In this document: piece after piece, positions 52,849 to 64,000 of the stretch
Position numbering within the stretch: position 1 is the first letter of the stretch
How the letters are laid out: every line of letters begins with the position of its first letter
From: Podarcis bocagei
Taxonomy: Eukaryota
Reading direction: 5' to 3' (one strand)
Assembly: GCA_964188305.1 (NCBI GenBank)
Contig: OZ076888.1
Length of the DNA stretch: 64,000 nucleotides
Notes under the pieces: generated by a model
What the model was told of the DNA's origin: nothing
The model's database searches: none
Seen by the model: the letters and a program-made list of their open reading frames with translations, nothing else
Program-made: the position numbers and the translations under genes

Positions 52849-54111
52849 CTGTAAAATACATGATGGAAAACAAGCCAATAAATAATATATCCCTTCTTCT
52901 AAGTGATCCAGATTCCTCTTTGTTATGCTCCTGTATTTATAACTTCCAGTTTCATATTTCCAGCCAAAAGCTTTGGTGGTTCAGACACCAAGTTACTACT
53001 ACAGGAACATGCATGCTTCGGTTTCTTTGCTATGCAGTCAACACTCCTCTCTGCTGCTCAAAAGAGCCACGTGTTTTCTCTCTGTGGTTGTTACTGGTTT
53101 CTGTGCTGCTCCAGTTGTACATGAATCAGGCCACATTCCCAGTGCCTGGGCATTTTGAGCAGCATGTTATATAGACAGACACAAAACTGAAACCCAAGGT
53201 CAGGAAGGTGAGTCAAAAGGGACTGCTGCAGCATTTTAATAAGCAATTCCAGCAAACTACAGTACTTGCAGAGTTGTTAAGGCCTCACTTTTCCAGCACT
53301 AGACTAATACCCAGACTCCGTTTCAGAAAAGAGAAGGGGGTCTGTTAAAATCCACTGATCTTTCCCATTTAATTCTTCCTCCCTCGTCCACAACCATAGA
53401 TTCCAGTAGGGGAAATAGGATAGCACAGACACTGCACTGCCCTCAGCTGACCTGGAGAAATGTAGAGCAGCTGCCTCCGATAGTTTCATTTTAGCTAGAG
53501 AGATGCGCCAATGAAATTAAATAGAACACACCACTTGAGAAAACACACCGGGGCGGTTTAAAAAACAACAACAAAAAACTGGTGCTCCTCTCTAGTTACA
53601 CACCCCTGACTTACGCACTCCATGCAGTTTCAGTATAATGTTTTGATAGGGAAGGATGCCCTGTCTATTGGATAAGGGTGGAGAGCAGGACTGCTGTGCT
53701 GGTTTTTGCACATTTCTTGTGATGCAGAAATCCCCTTTGGATACATTTTGCTGCATCTAGCTATTCATTAAATAGACTCCCAGGTGTGGCTTAAAAGCAA
53801 GCTGGTGTGACCATATTCCAGGAAACAGCAAGAAGATATCAAAGGGGCGTTGTCTCACACCTCTTAAGAATGCATGGAGAGCCCTGCCGAATCCGTCCAA
53901 AGTCCTGACTAGTCCAGTATTCTGCACTCCCAGTGGCCAACCAGGTGCCCTTCCATGCCTGTAATGCCCTTCTCCTGAAACAGCCACAGTGGTGGCAATA
54001 AAGAACTATTTCTCTGGAAAGGTGGCGAGTCTCCTTTCCTGACCTCATTAAGGGGAATTTTTGAGTTGTGGTTTAATGTAATTCTAGAGCATTTAAACCA
54101 TGAAAAGTTAT

Positions 54112-54548
54112 TGTAGTGGTTGGGAGTTACTCGTGCGTAATCCTGCCCCGTTTGAGCATTGGATTGCCTGGTTAAACCCTCCGGACTGCACAGCCCATCT
54201 CAGCGTGGCTGCCCTTAGTCACTCATAGAATCTGTCTGTGGGCGTTTCTTAAAGCGTTGCCAACATAAGAGCTGTTTGACGCCCAATCGTCTCCGCCTCT
54301 CACTGCGCGGGAGTCTCCTGCGCAGGGTGGGCGTGGGCAGCGGGGTGCTTGGGCTCTCCTCACTAACTTCCAACGAAGAGTCCGGGAGCCTCTGCACCTC
54401 CCTGTCCCGTTGCTCTCCTGGATCCCTGGTGTTACACTCATTCTCTTCCCCTTCTTCCCAGCTGAGTCTCCCCCTAGCGCTGGGACCTTCTCCTGCAGAA
54501 TCAGAGACCCTCTCCTTCTCCCGTGCCTCTGATGGCAGTTCCCTGACA
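54112..54548 (-). mobile_element. Solo LTR (437 bp)
   Basis: TGT...ACA termini and 5-bp TSD GTTAT; CpG-retaining interior. Confidence 0.75.
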
Positions 54549-55331
54549 GTTATCTTTTAAAAATGAGTGGGATGGGGAGTAAATCTAAGAAACTTTTAAA
54601 AATAAAAATCTACCCATCCACCCACCTTCCAGGGTATATTTTCATTTAGAACAGTGCTTTCCAAGATTCAGGTTTATGATGCTATATGCCAGTGATGTGT
54701 TTCATGTTAAGTTGGTACTGGAAAAAACATACTTGATGGATTTTGTCGGGTTCAAGCTTGATAAAAGTTTCTTTCATTGCATAGGTTTGGACTAGATGAC
54801 CCTCGTGGTCGCTCGCAATTCTATAATTCTGTTATTCTAAGTCCCTGCCAATAGACTTGCAGTCTAATAAAACATGAAACACAAAAGAAGAAAATGGGAA
54901 AAGACTGCAAATGATGAAGAGAAGAGCCTGTGTTAAAACCCAAATCAGTGTGTTTGGAATATTTACTTAAAAGACAACAAAGAAAAGACCTGATGAATTT
55001 CTAAATTCTGATGGGGGAGAATACACAGTTCCTCTTTGGCACTTCCTGATAACATACAAAGCAGCTGCCTTGGGACACTCCACTTTCACAACAAGAAAGG
55101 TAAACCGGTGCCTCTCACTGAAGCACTTAAGCAGCTGAATGTTACCTGAAAGCATAATATATCTTACAAAAATGTTTCAGCAAACTATTAGGGCAACCCA
55201 ATAAATTATGAATCATTCCAGTACACTTAAGGGGAATTAAAAGGGAGCTCTGAAAATAGAAGCCAAATAAGCAGAGGTAAAATGAAAATAATTGCAACTG
55301 GTCAACACGTTTTCAGTCGCTTAAGACGTAC

Positions 55332-55462
55332 CTTGATAATGTCCAGTCCAGGCTGAGGATACTCTAGGACTGGAAGCTGCTCGTCTATGTTCATTAACCC
55401 AATTTCATCGGGATCGGCTCCCTGGCTCACCAAATACACCACTTCCTGCAATAAGCTGGTGC
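55332..55462 (-). CDS. SULT4A1: SULT4A1 coding exon 2 (131 bp)
   Basis: Minus strand reads (G)TSLLQEVVYLVSQGADPDEIGLMNIDEQLPVLEYPQPGLDIIK, matching the recalled human SULT4A1; flanked by ttgcag and GTAC splice sites. Confidence 0.97.
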
Positions 55463-55996
55463 CTGCAAATCAAATAAACATGAGATAACAGATGGCAATC
55501 CAGACATTATTTGCTGGAAGGGGTCGATATGAGTGGTAGCCAAGACATCCGGAGGCTAAGATATTACCTCTGGACATAGTGGTTTGAGAACCTTTTAAAA
55601 AATTATGTAAGCTATTATCACCTCATGCAGTAAGCTTGGTTGCACACCCATTCTGGTCAAATATCTGTAATGTGGCACCAAATCATCTCCTTAATTTATA
55701 TATGACTGAACAAGGAAAACACTCAGAGGCTGGACAATATCCACAGGTTAAAACCCACAAAAGCATTGCCTCATGAGTGCCCTCTGGATTAGATTTCTCA
55801 GGGCTGCTTTTGCTAACTCAATTGTTTCAAAAGTGCAGCATAAAGCAAATTGCTGCTGATATCTCCCGGAAAGAGGATGTGGCCTCCATTTCCTCCCCAT
55901 TTCAGCTCCCTGTATAGTATGTTGAAGGAATCCATTAGCTTAAGAGTTCCACCTGAGGAATTTCTGGATGTTAATTTTTGTAAAGTAGTCAGTAAA

Positions 55997-56593
55997 TAGT
56001 ATTTTTCGCTCCATAAGATGCACCTGACCATAAGACGCACCTAGTTTTTAAAGGAGGGAAACCAGAAAAGAAAATATTCTGAACGAAACAGTGGATGTAT
56101 GACTTTTATGGTTCATGCTGTGGCCACAGGCATGTGATTTGACAGTGAGTTTGGGGTAGCCCAATGCAAAAATCCTGAGGATCCATGTGGATCCGTGCTT
56201 TGTAACCACGTTTTTGCGCCACTGCAGCCCCAGGAAACAGTGGATACATGATTTTTTCAGTGCAGGCTGTAGCCATGGACATGCTATGTGATCTGGTGGT
56301 GAATTTGGGGTGACCCAATGTAAAAATCCTGAGGATCCATGGGCTTTTATCTCCCCCCTCCCAGGCAGCCTCCTTTATCGCTAGCGTTCCTTTTCTCGCT
56401 TCTGATCACTTGCGATCAGCAGCTTTGTTTCAACACCCACTTCACTCTTTCAACAACAAAAAAAAGCATGATCTGCTTTTCGCCCCTGGGCAATTCGGCT
56501 CCATGGACCACGCATTTGCTGCATAAGACACACAGACATTTTCCCTTACTTTTTAGGAAGAAAAAAGTGTGTCTTATGGAGCGAAAAATACGG
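55997..56593 (+). mobile_element. Longer Tc2/pogo-like non-autonomous element
   Basis: Same TIR and subterminal sequences as 5816-6075, with a different interior containing an imperfect duplication (aaatcctgaggatccatg twice). Confidence 0.8.
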
Positions 56594-56665
56594 TACATGA
56601 CTTAACAGCACTTTGAGGAAAATATACAAAGAAAATAAACTAAGAGCTGTTCAACAGTGGAACAG

Positions 56666-57396
56666 TCTGCACCTCCACAGGCACATACCTCCACATGTGG
56701 TGGGAGTGTCCCAAAATCCAACTCTTCTGGACAACAGCCATACGAGAAATATGTAAAATAACTAAGCAAGTATTAGACATCACCCCAGAATTGGCCCTAC
56801 TAAACATCTTCCAAGACAACAATGCCCATTTACACCACAAAGAACTCATAACCCACCTACTTTCAGCAGCCAGAAACACCTTAACCAGACACTGTAAGCA
56901 TGGACCAATGGTACCAAATACTATGGGAAACAGCCCTACTAGAAAAATTAACCAACAAACTGAAACTGACACGGGGACAAATAGAAGAAGATACCTTCAT
57001 CCCTGTATGGCTCCCCTTTATCACATACACAGCCCAACAAGACAATGACAATAATCCACCAGCAGCATACAAATCAATATGGCTAACCTGATCCAAAACA
57101 CCCACCCACCTCACTCACACACGAAAACAAAGATCACCACAGCCAACCACAAATGAACAGCCACACCCCAGGCCAACCCCAACCTCTCTCACCACGAAAG
57201 GAACACAGATGATCAGCAGAGAACCTACATACATTAAGCAAAATAGAAACATCGCCACCCGACCCCCCCATCTCCCCCCCCCCAATGTCTCAACAAATGA
57301 AACTGATTTGTAAATATGTTACATGGAAAAAAATACGAGAGGCATTACATATACGTCTGTAAAACAAGAAAATCTTTAATTAAAAAACAAAACCAA
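56666..57396 (+). mobile_element. 3' fragment of an L1-clade LINE inserted into a CR1 3' end
   Basis: HMWWECPKIQLFW...HLLSAAR...W.PFITY ORF2 C-terminus, A-rich tail, 14-bp TSD CAACAGTGGAACAG. Confidence 0.85.
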
Positions 57397-57570
57397 CAAC
57401 AGTGGAACAGACTCCCTTGGGAAGTGGTGGATTTGCCCTCCCTGGAGGTATTTAAGCAGAGGTTGGGGGCTCCTCTGCCATGGATGCTGTAGTTGAGATT
57501 CCTGCATTGAAGGGGGTTGGGCTGGATGACCCTGGGGGTCCCTTCCATCTCTACGATTATATTCCATGAT
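57397..57570 (+). mobile_element. CR1 LINE 3' end (left part at 56641-56665)
   Basis: gagctgttcaacagtggaacag-actccc...ggttgggctggatgacc...gtcccttcc...attccatgat is a typical CR1 3' terminus. Confidence 0.7.
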
Positions 57571-58780
57571 CTCCCATTCCAGTTTGTGTGGTCCTCTTTC
57601 TTGCTGGCTCATGTCCTCTTTTGGTATTAATATTAGTATGTGCACATTTTAAGGAAATCCAACAACAAACTATATTCCAAAATTTTGGGGGAGATTTACC
57701 TTTTGCAAAAGAAATAAATCCTGAGCTTTTGCACTTGTATTCCTCTTAAAATTATCCTCCCCCCCCCCCAACAAAAAGTAAAGGTACCTGTATTGACCAA
57801 TAAGAAAAACACCCACCCCAACTTCCCTGTTAGGGCAATATATTTATCAGACCAATCAAAAATTCACAAACTGGTGTGCCAGTTTTCAGGTTCTTCAGAA
57901 CACTTCATCAGGCTGGATAGTAAACAAAAGTTAGTATTTAGTTTTTGTATCTCCAGAGATGGGGAGTCAGGCAACACATTTTAATTTTTGTTTTTCCTTC
58001 TATGGACATGCAGAAAAAGGCATGGCTGAACTTCAGTCAAACTTGACACTTCTAATTGCAATGTCTCCCTCCACTGAGAATATTTTTGCAGAATTTACCC
58101 CAAGGCAATTAGGGAACATGACCAGTCTCCTCCTCCCCCTCCCCTGGGGCTCCCCACCTCACCTGCCTTTACATGGCAACAAAGGAATTATCTCTTCAGG
58201 AGCTGATGGCGTAAATTCCCTGGCTTGGATTTCTCATTCCTTGGGTAAAAATCCCTTTGCCTGTGTCTGTCAAGGTTCATGGGAGAGAGTCAGCAGGCAG
58301 ACCCAATGTTGCTGCCTTTTGTTCCTTGCACAATTCAAAATAATGGCCTCTTTTAAAAAGTAGGGGCTGACCAGTGTTAGAAACTGAGATATGAAAGTGA
58401 GGAGCTAAATGGCACCGTAAACCTAGGTTATGGGTGCAGCAAGGGCATGTCTAGGCACATTTTTAATAACAAGAATACAAAGCTGAAAATGAATGAACTG
58501 CAGCTAAAATATTATGTTCGTTTTTCACGTGGTCTGGTCCGTCCCCTGCCCACCCCCCACCCCCTAATATTCTTAAGAGGATCTCTTCTCCAGTCTTCAC
58601 AGTGTAGCTGGAAGTGGGGAGGCAGAAAAAGCTCCCCCTTGCCTTCCATTCTGTAGTTTTAATCTGAAATCTTCAGCGCAGTACTGCGCCCAGAGCTCAG
58701 AAACTGCTTGTGCTAATGAAATGCCCTGTCGCAAAATGTGCCTAGAACAAGGGGAGTTTGGGACATACGTCAGCTCCAGT

Positions 58781-59030
58781 CAGTGGCAGAAGAACTCTCC
58801 CCGCATCCGGGGCAGCACAGCCCGTATGGACTGCGCATGCGCGGAAGCCCCTACAATCACCGTGCGCAAGAGTGGCAGCCTGTACGGATGGCACGCAAGA
58901 GACGCCCATACGGACTGCGGGCGCCCTCAGCCGCTCTGCAGCTGGGGAGAGGCAGGGGCCATCTTGTCACCCCTCCCAGAATGGCACCCGGGGTGGCCCT
59001 CCCCCTCTGCCCCCGCTTCCTACGCCACTG
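58781..59030. mobile_element. hAT MITE
   Basis: CAGTGGC...GCCACTG termini; 8-bp TSD GCTCCAGT. Confidence 0.85.
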
Positions 59031-59079
59031 GCTCCAGTCACTATAAAAATTGATAGTTGTGGACACATCTTCCCATATA

Positions 59080-59333
59080 CAGTCAAACCTCAGGTTACAG
59101 ATGCTTCAGGTTGTGCGATTTCGGGTTGTGCACTGCGCAGATCCCAGAAGTACCGGAATGGGTTACTTCCGGATTTCGGCGCATGTGCAGAAGCACTAAA
59201 TTGCGCTTTGTGCATGTGCAGAAGACTGAATCGCGACCCGCGCGTGTGCAGACATGGCGCTGTGGGTTGCGAACGTTTCAGGTTGCAAACGTGCTTCCCG
59301 CACGGATCATGTTCGCAACTTGAGTGTCCACTG
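59080..59333. mobile_element. Tigger-like MITE
   Basis: TA-CAGT...ACTG-TA ends with a hairpin-like interior. Confidence 0.7.
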
Positions 59334-60769
59334 TACCGTGGAAGAGTTTCTTTCCATTTTACTGCTAGGAAATTTCAATGTAGTTAGCAACAGTTGCTAT
59401 ATTGTTTTAGTTATTTACAATAACTGCATCGGAAAGGCTCAGACTCAGAATGAAGACAGACATATAATTTCCAGTGCTGGAAGTGGTTTTAGAGGAGAAT
59501 AGGACATTATTTTGCAACCTGGGGTGACCTCTGGGAAAAAAGAGGGCCCTGTAGGTTTCCATCATGGATTTTAGCATCAGGACACAATTATGTAGGGCAA
59601 TTACGCTGCCTCTTAACACAACTGCAGTAGCTCAAGTGAAATCTACACCTATACCACAGTGACTTCATGTTTGTCAATGTATATATTGATTATATTAATA
59701 TTAACGACAGATCTGCATTATTCAGTTCCAGGGTCAGAAGGTGTTCCTCTACCATTCCATTGTTTAATTTGTTTGCTTTGCATTGCCAGGAACCTTTCGG
59801 ATTTATGTTGTTCCCTTTCCGGAAAACGGCAAGGCATGGGTGCTGGCGCCAATGTCAGGTCTCGCAGTTGCTAGCAGGATCAGGATTCTCAACCAATTGT
59901 AATAACATGGTCAGGGGGATGCACAATGGCTGAAGTAAAACGTAGGTGAATCAGCCAAATGTGACCACAGCTTCTGGTTCTAAGCCGGAGTCAACATGAG
60001 AAAGCTCACTTGAAGGAACGGTGCCAGTGTCAGTATAATGGATATATAGTGTCAGGCTGGGATCAAGGAGGCCTGAGTTCAAATCACCGCTAATGGGTGA
60101 ACTGGGGCCGGTCGTTTCCTCTCTCTCAACCTTACCTGCTTCAGATTTGTCATGAGCACAAAACAGATAACTCAGGGATAGTCAATGTGGTTTCCTCCAG
60201 AGGTTGCTGGACTCCAGCTCCCATCATCCCTTGAGCGTTAGCCATCTGCTGTCTGGGGCTGATGGAAGATGGAGTCGAACAGCCTCTGGAGGAACCAGGC
60301 ACCTGGGATAATGGCATGTAGGCTGGCCCTACTCCCCTAAGGGAACGCAGAATAATTAGTAGTAGCAAAAAAAGGGGGGGTATGGAATCTACCAGGTACA
60401 GACAAACTAACTGAACTCAGTCGTGGAAAAAATAGGAATCACAAAAAGAGTTCGTTAATATGACAGGCCAGTTAGTATGACAGGTAAATAACTTCTGGTT
60501 TTAATGGTTTTAGAAATGGTTTTAATTACTTGATTTTATCTGGTTTATCAGTAACTCATAGTATTTCTTGTAAACTGCTTAAAGGTTTTCTTACAATCAA
60601 GTAGAATGTACATTTTGTTAAATAAAAACAAACCCTAAAGATATCAGTTTTTAAAACATCAGTGTTATGAATGAAACTCTAATCTTGAATGTACCTCAGG
60701 AAACCATCACTAACTAGCAGAAAATAGTCATAATTTTTTTTATGGGCAGGAACAAAACCTGAAGTGGCT

Positions 60770-60900
60770 CAAAAGATACCCTTTAAGACCAGTAAAAGAT
60801 GGAGGACTATCCCTCCCTTGTGTTATTAAAAAATATTACAAAGCAGCTGTGTGAGCTCATTTGAGGGTCTGGTTAAAATAAAAAACAACATCAGTAATTG
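60770..60900 (+). mobile_element. Old L1 ORF2 fragment
   Basis: Degenerate KDGGLSLP...KYYKAA motif. Confidence 0.4.
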
Positions 60901-61356
60901 AGTAATACAGTAAAGCAATAGATTTTTTAAAAAATATAGTATGGTATTGTATCAGAATGAACCCTGCTAGATCCATTAATAATTTTATTTGGATATATTA
61001 AGCATAGTATTACCAGACCTGGTAATAAAGATGCTAACAGCTACATTTATGTACCCAGTTCCTTGATAACATCCAGATAACCACCCTATTCCATTAGCCT
61101 GACAGTATGCTTTTTAATTAGGAATGAAATGCCTCCTTTTTCTATCCTTTTTTTTTTTTTTTTTTTGCTTATTCTAGGCTTTCTTTTGCTTATATTCTGT
61201 ACTATACAAACTTATTTAAAAGACATTGCCAGGTTAATATTTTTCTCTCTGTTGACACAACTGGAATATGCTGTAGTAAAACAATATTACCTTGCGAACA
61301 ATATTCATTTTTATTGCAGATATATGTGCTGAAAAAGATAATTAAAACCTTCTATA

Positions 61357-61555
61357 CCGTATTTTTCGTCCTATAGGGTGCACCGGCCCATAGGACGCAC
61401 CTCGTTTTTTGGGGGGAGGGGAAATGAATAAAAAAAAATTATTCCCCCCCCCCGCCACGGCTGCCGCCCCAAGCCTTGCGCACACCTGCCCGAACCACGG
61501 GGCACCCTCCGGAGGGCTCCGCGTGCTTCGGGCGACAGGCTGCCACCCCAAGCCT
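61357..61555 (+). mobile_element. Partial Tc2/pogo-like element with a GC-rich interior
   Basis: TA-CCGTATTTTTCG...GACGCACCT left end; no right TIR seen. Confidence 0.6.
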
Positions 61556-61817
61556 CTAAACAAACAGGCTTAATTTTAGGGTATTTATACTATCCTGTTT
61601 CTGCAGTGAACTGTGGCTGGCATCTGTTTAAATGAGGTCAGATATTAATTTTTATTTATACAAATATTTATATACAGTTATGCCATTAAAAAAAATCAAA
61701 GTGGCTTACAACAATGATATCTATATGCAATAGAAATGTTATGTTTGGTACCATGGCTGACACTGCCACAATCATAGTATCTAAATCACTGGAGCCAATC
61801 AATTTTACCCTCTAAGT

Positions 61818-62551
61818 CAGTGTTTCCCAACCGGTGTTCCGCGGCACACTAGTGTGCCGTGAGACGTTGGCTGGTGTGCCGTGGGAGGGAGGCGGGCGAG
61901 GCGGGCGGTGAGAGGCGGCGGCGGCGAGGATCCGCGTCGAGCTGGGGGCGGCTCCGCGGTGGTGGTGCCGAGGTTTCTCTCTCTATTCTCCCCTCACACA
62001 CACACACAGGAAATAGCACAGGATCAGCTGACAGGACCCAGCCAATGGGGCGGCGGCGGGGCAGCGCGTGCAAAAGGGAGGAGCGCGAGACAGCGGACGA
62101 GGAGGAGGCCGGCATGTCCGGGCAGCAGCAGCAACAACAGCAGCAGCAACTCCCGGCGACGGCTCCTCAAGCCCCGGGCAACCCTACTCCCTCACCGGCC
62201 TCGGCCGCCCTCCTGCTCCACCCGCCGCCGCCTCCCCCGCCGCCGCCGGCCACCTCGGCCCCGCCACCGCCCCTCCTCCGCCCGCTATCGCCGCCACCAC
62301 CACAACAGCCGCCGCCGCCTCAGCTGCCGCCGTCCCTCAGTCCCTCGCTTTGCTGCCTCCTCCCCCCCCACCCCCAAAGCTTGGAGGTTCCCCGGCAAGG
62401 GGGAGGGGAAAAAATTGAAAACTTTCACTTTCGTGCGTCCCTCCCGGCGTGACGCTGCGCGCTGACGTCACGGGGCTGTAATGGTGGTGTGCCGCGAGAT
62501 TTTTTTCATCAAACAAGTGTGCCTTTGCCCAAAAAAGGTTGGGAAACACTG
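61818..62551 (+). mobile_element. Non-autonomous hAT element carrying a captured host gene fragment (RANBP9-like 5' end)
   Basis: Perfect 15-bp TIRs CAGTGTTTCCCAACC/GGTTGGGAAACACTG; 8-bp TSD CTCTAAGT (61810-61817, 62552-62559); subterminal GTGTGCC repeats; CpG-island-like cargo. Confidence 0.92.
62114..62452 (+). pseudogene. RANBP9: Captured RANBP9-like exon-1 fragment; 112-aa chimeric ORF whose stop lies near the transposon right arm
   Basis: MSGQQQQQQQQQL...SAALLLHPPPPPPPPPATSAPPPP versus recalled human RANBP9 MSGQPPPPPPQQQQQQQQL...AAALLLHPPPPPPPATAAPPPP; ATG context GCCGGCATGT. The SPRY domain is absent. Confidence 0.7.
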
Positions 62552-64000
62552 CTCTAAGTGAGTGACCAACCTCCAGACCACATAGCATTGCTCCTCTGGG
62601 CAACTCCTGGAGGATGCAACAGAGACAACAAAGAATGACCTCTTCACTGCTCCCTCAGCCACACATTAGTCTGAGTGTGCTCCGTCGGCAATAATCCCAA
62701 AATTTCCAGCCCTATACTTGCTTCTCAATAGGCAAAGCAGGACTGGGGGCACATGTAAGGGGAAAGTGATGGGTTTGCCAGAGGGTGGGGCTGAGCCCTT
62801 CTCTCCTTGCAGCAGCTCACCAGACATTTCCCCCCACTTGACTGAGAAGTCCATGGTTATCACCCAACTTCTACTGCTGCCCTGGCCTCCTTTGTTTTAG
62901 AATCCACATTCACCTCCACTTATGTGGTTACAGGGAAACAAGAAGTGCGGGTTTCGTTTTGGGAATAATATCTGAAAAGCTACTTTTGGAGAGATGTGCA
63001 AGTTTCTGAATGCAGAATGAATTTGTGCATGTCCGTCATGCAAGTCCCACCAGCAACTTGAAAATAGGAAGAGCAAGCGCCATGTGCTTTTTGTTCTCTG
63101 CAAGTGAATAGAGTCTGAAGGAGATTAATGCTCAAGAGTGTGGTGTTTATAACATGTGCCTGGAGATAGCAAATCAGAAGAATTTTCGGGGGAAAGTCTC
63201 CATGTAATTATGAAAGGAAAAGTTGAAAGTGGAAAAGTTGACAGCATTTCCCTTTCATCCAGCAAATAAAAACATCCTGGTACATACATGTAACAATTCA
63301 AAGAGTGCAACTAGAGCTAATGCTTACAAGGCCTAAATCAATTTTAAATTAACCTCAACTGGAGTCTGTTCTGCTGTAATATCCAATCTACACAACCACT
63401 AGAATCACAAATGTTACCACTTTTCTTGTTTTCCTTTGCGGACCAGAGAATCCCATCTTTGAATACTTCCCCAGGTCAAAAACACCTTGAGTCTGGTTAT
63501 GGTGTGATTAAGAGACACATTCTTAGCATATTTGCAAGGAATCAAGCCTTAAGGAAAATAACAATTAAGCAAAGGCTGCAACAGATATGAATCTAGTGCA
63601 GGATTCATAAAAGAGAAACGTTTTAAAAGACTTGGGAGGGGGAAGGAATCAAGCAGAGCTTTTAGTGCTTTGCTTCCTGCATGCCATAAATATTTCAGAT
63701 GTACAGCTAAAGAAAGCAATAAAGATGTAGCCAGCCAATTCTAATGTGGCATTCGCACGCTACTGCTGCATCGGTGCAGTCTACCACATTCAACTGAACA
63801 TTTGCCCAGGACATGGCAGAATCCTTAACAGTAACAATGATGACTGAATACTGCAATAAGCAGGTGCAAATAAATACTTCATTCAGGTGTGTGCCCTCTT
63901 CTCCTGAAGCTCTCCTACATTGTGCAACAAAGATATTATTTGTCCAGGGTGGTATCTCCTGCACCTTGAGTCCATCTATAAGAAGGGGGGGGGGGGCAAA

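Noticed and set aside
61849-62465. GC-rich island as the SULT4A1 promoter/exon 1, or as an intact gene
   Set aside because: No MAESEAETP...TYPKSG coding sequence on the minus strand. The island is bounded by TIRs and a TSD, and no downstream RANBP9 SPRY-domain sequence is seen.

Overview
Vertebrate genomic DNA from a squamate reptile (Sauria SINEs; probably a lacertid lizard). Two minus-strand genes lie in the order known from mammals. SULT4A1 has coding exons 2-7 at 55462..46175; exon 1 is beyond the right edge. The 5' part of EFCAB6 has a CpG-island promoter with RFX X-boxes at ~29.7-30.2 kb and six coding exons at 28487..4574, continuing past the left edge. The rest is dense with transposons: L2, L1-like, RTE-X-like and CR1 LINEs, Sauria SINEs, a Penelope-like insert with three minimal hammerhead ribozyme motifs next to the EFCAB6 promoter, solo LTRs, and hAT and Tc1/mariner MITEs. 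There is one N gap. The most notable feature is a young non-autonomous hAT element at 61818-62551 (perfect 15-bp TIRs, 8-bp TSD) in SULT4A1 intron 1. Its cargo looks like the CCAAT-containing promoter, 5'UTR and N-terminal coding sequence of a host gene resembling RANBP9, i.e. a Pack-TIR-type gene capture. Homology calls rest on recalled protein sequences and motifs; no database search was run.
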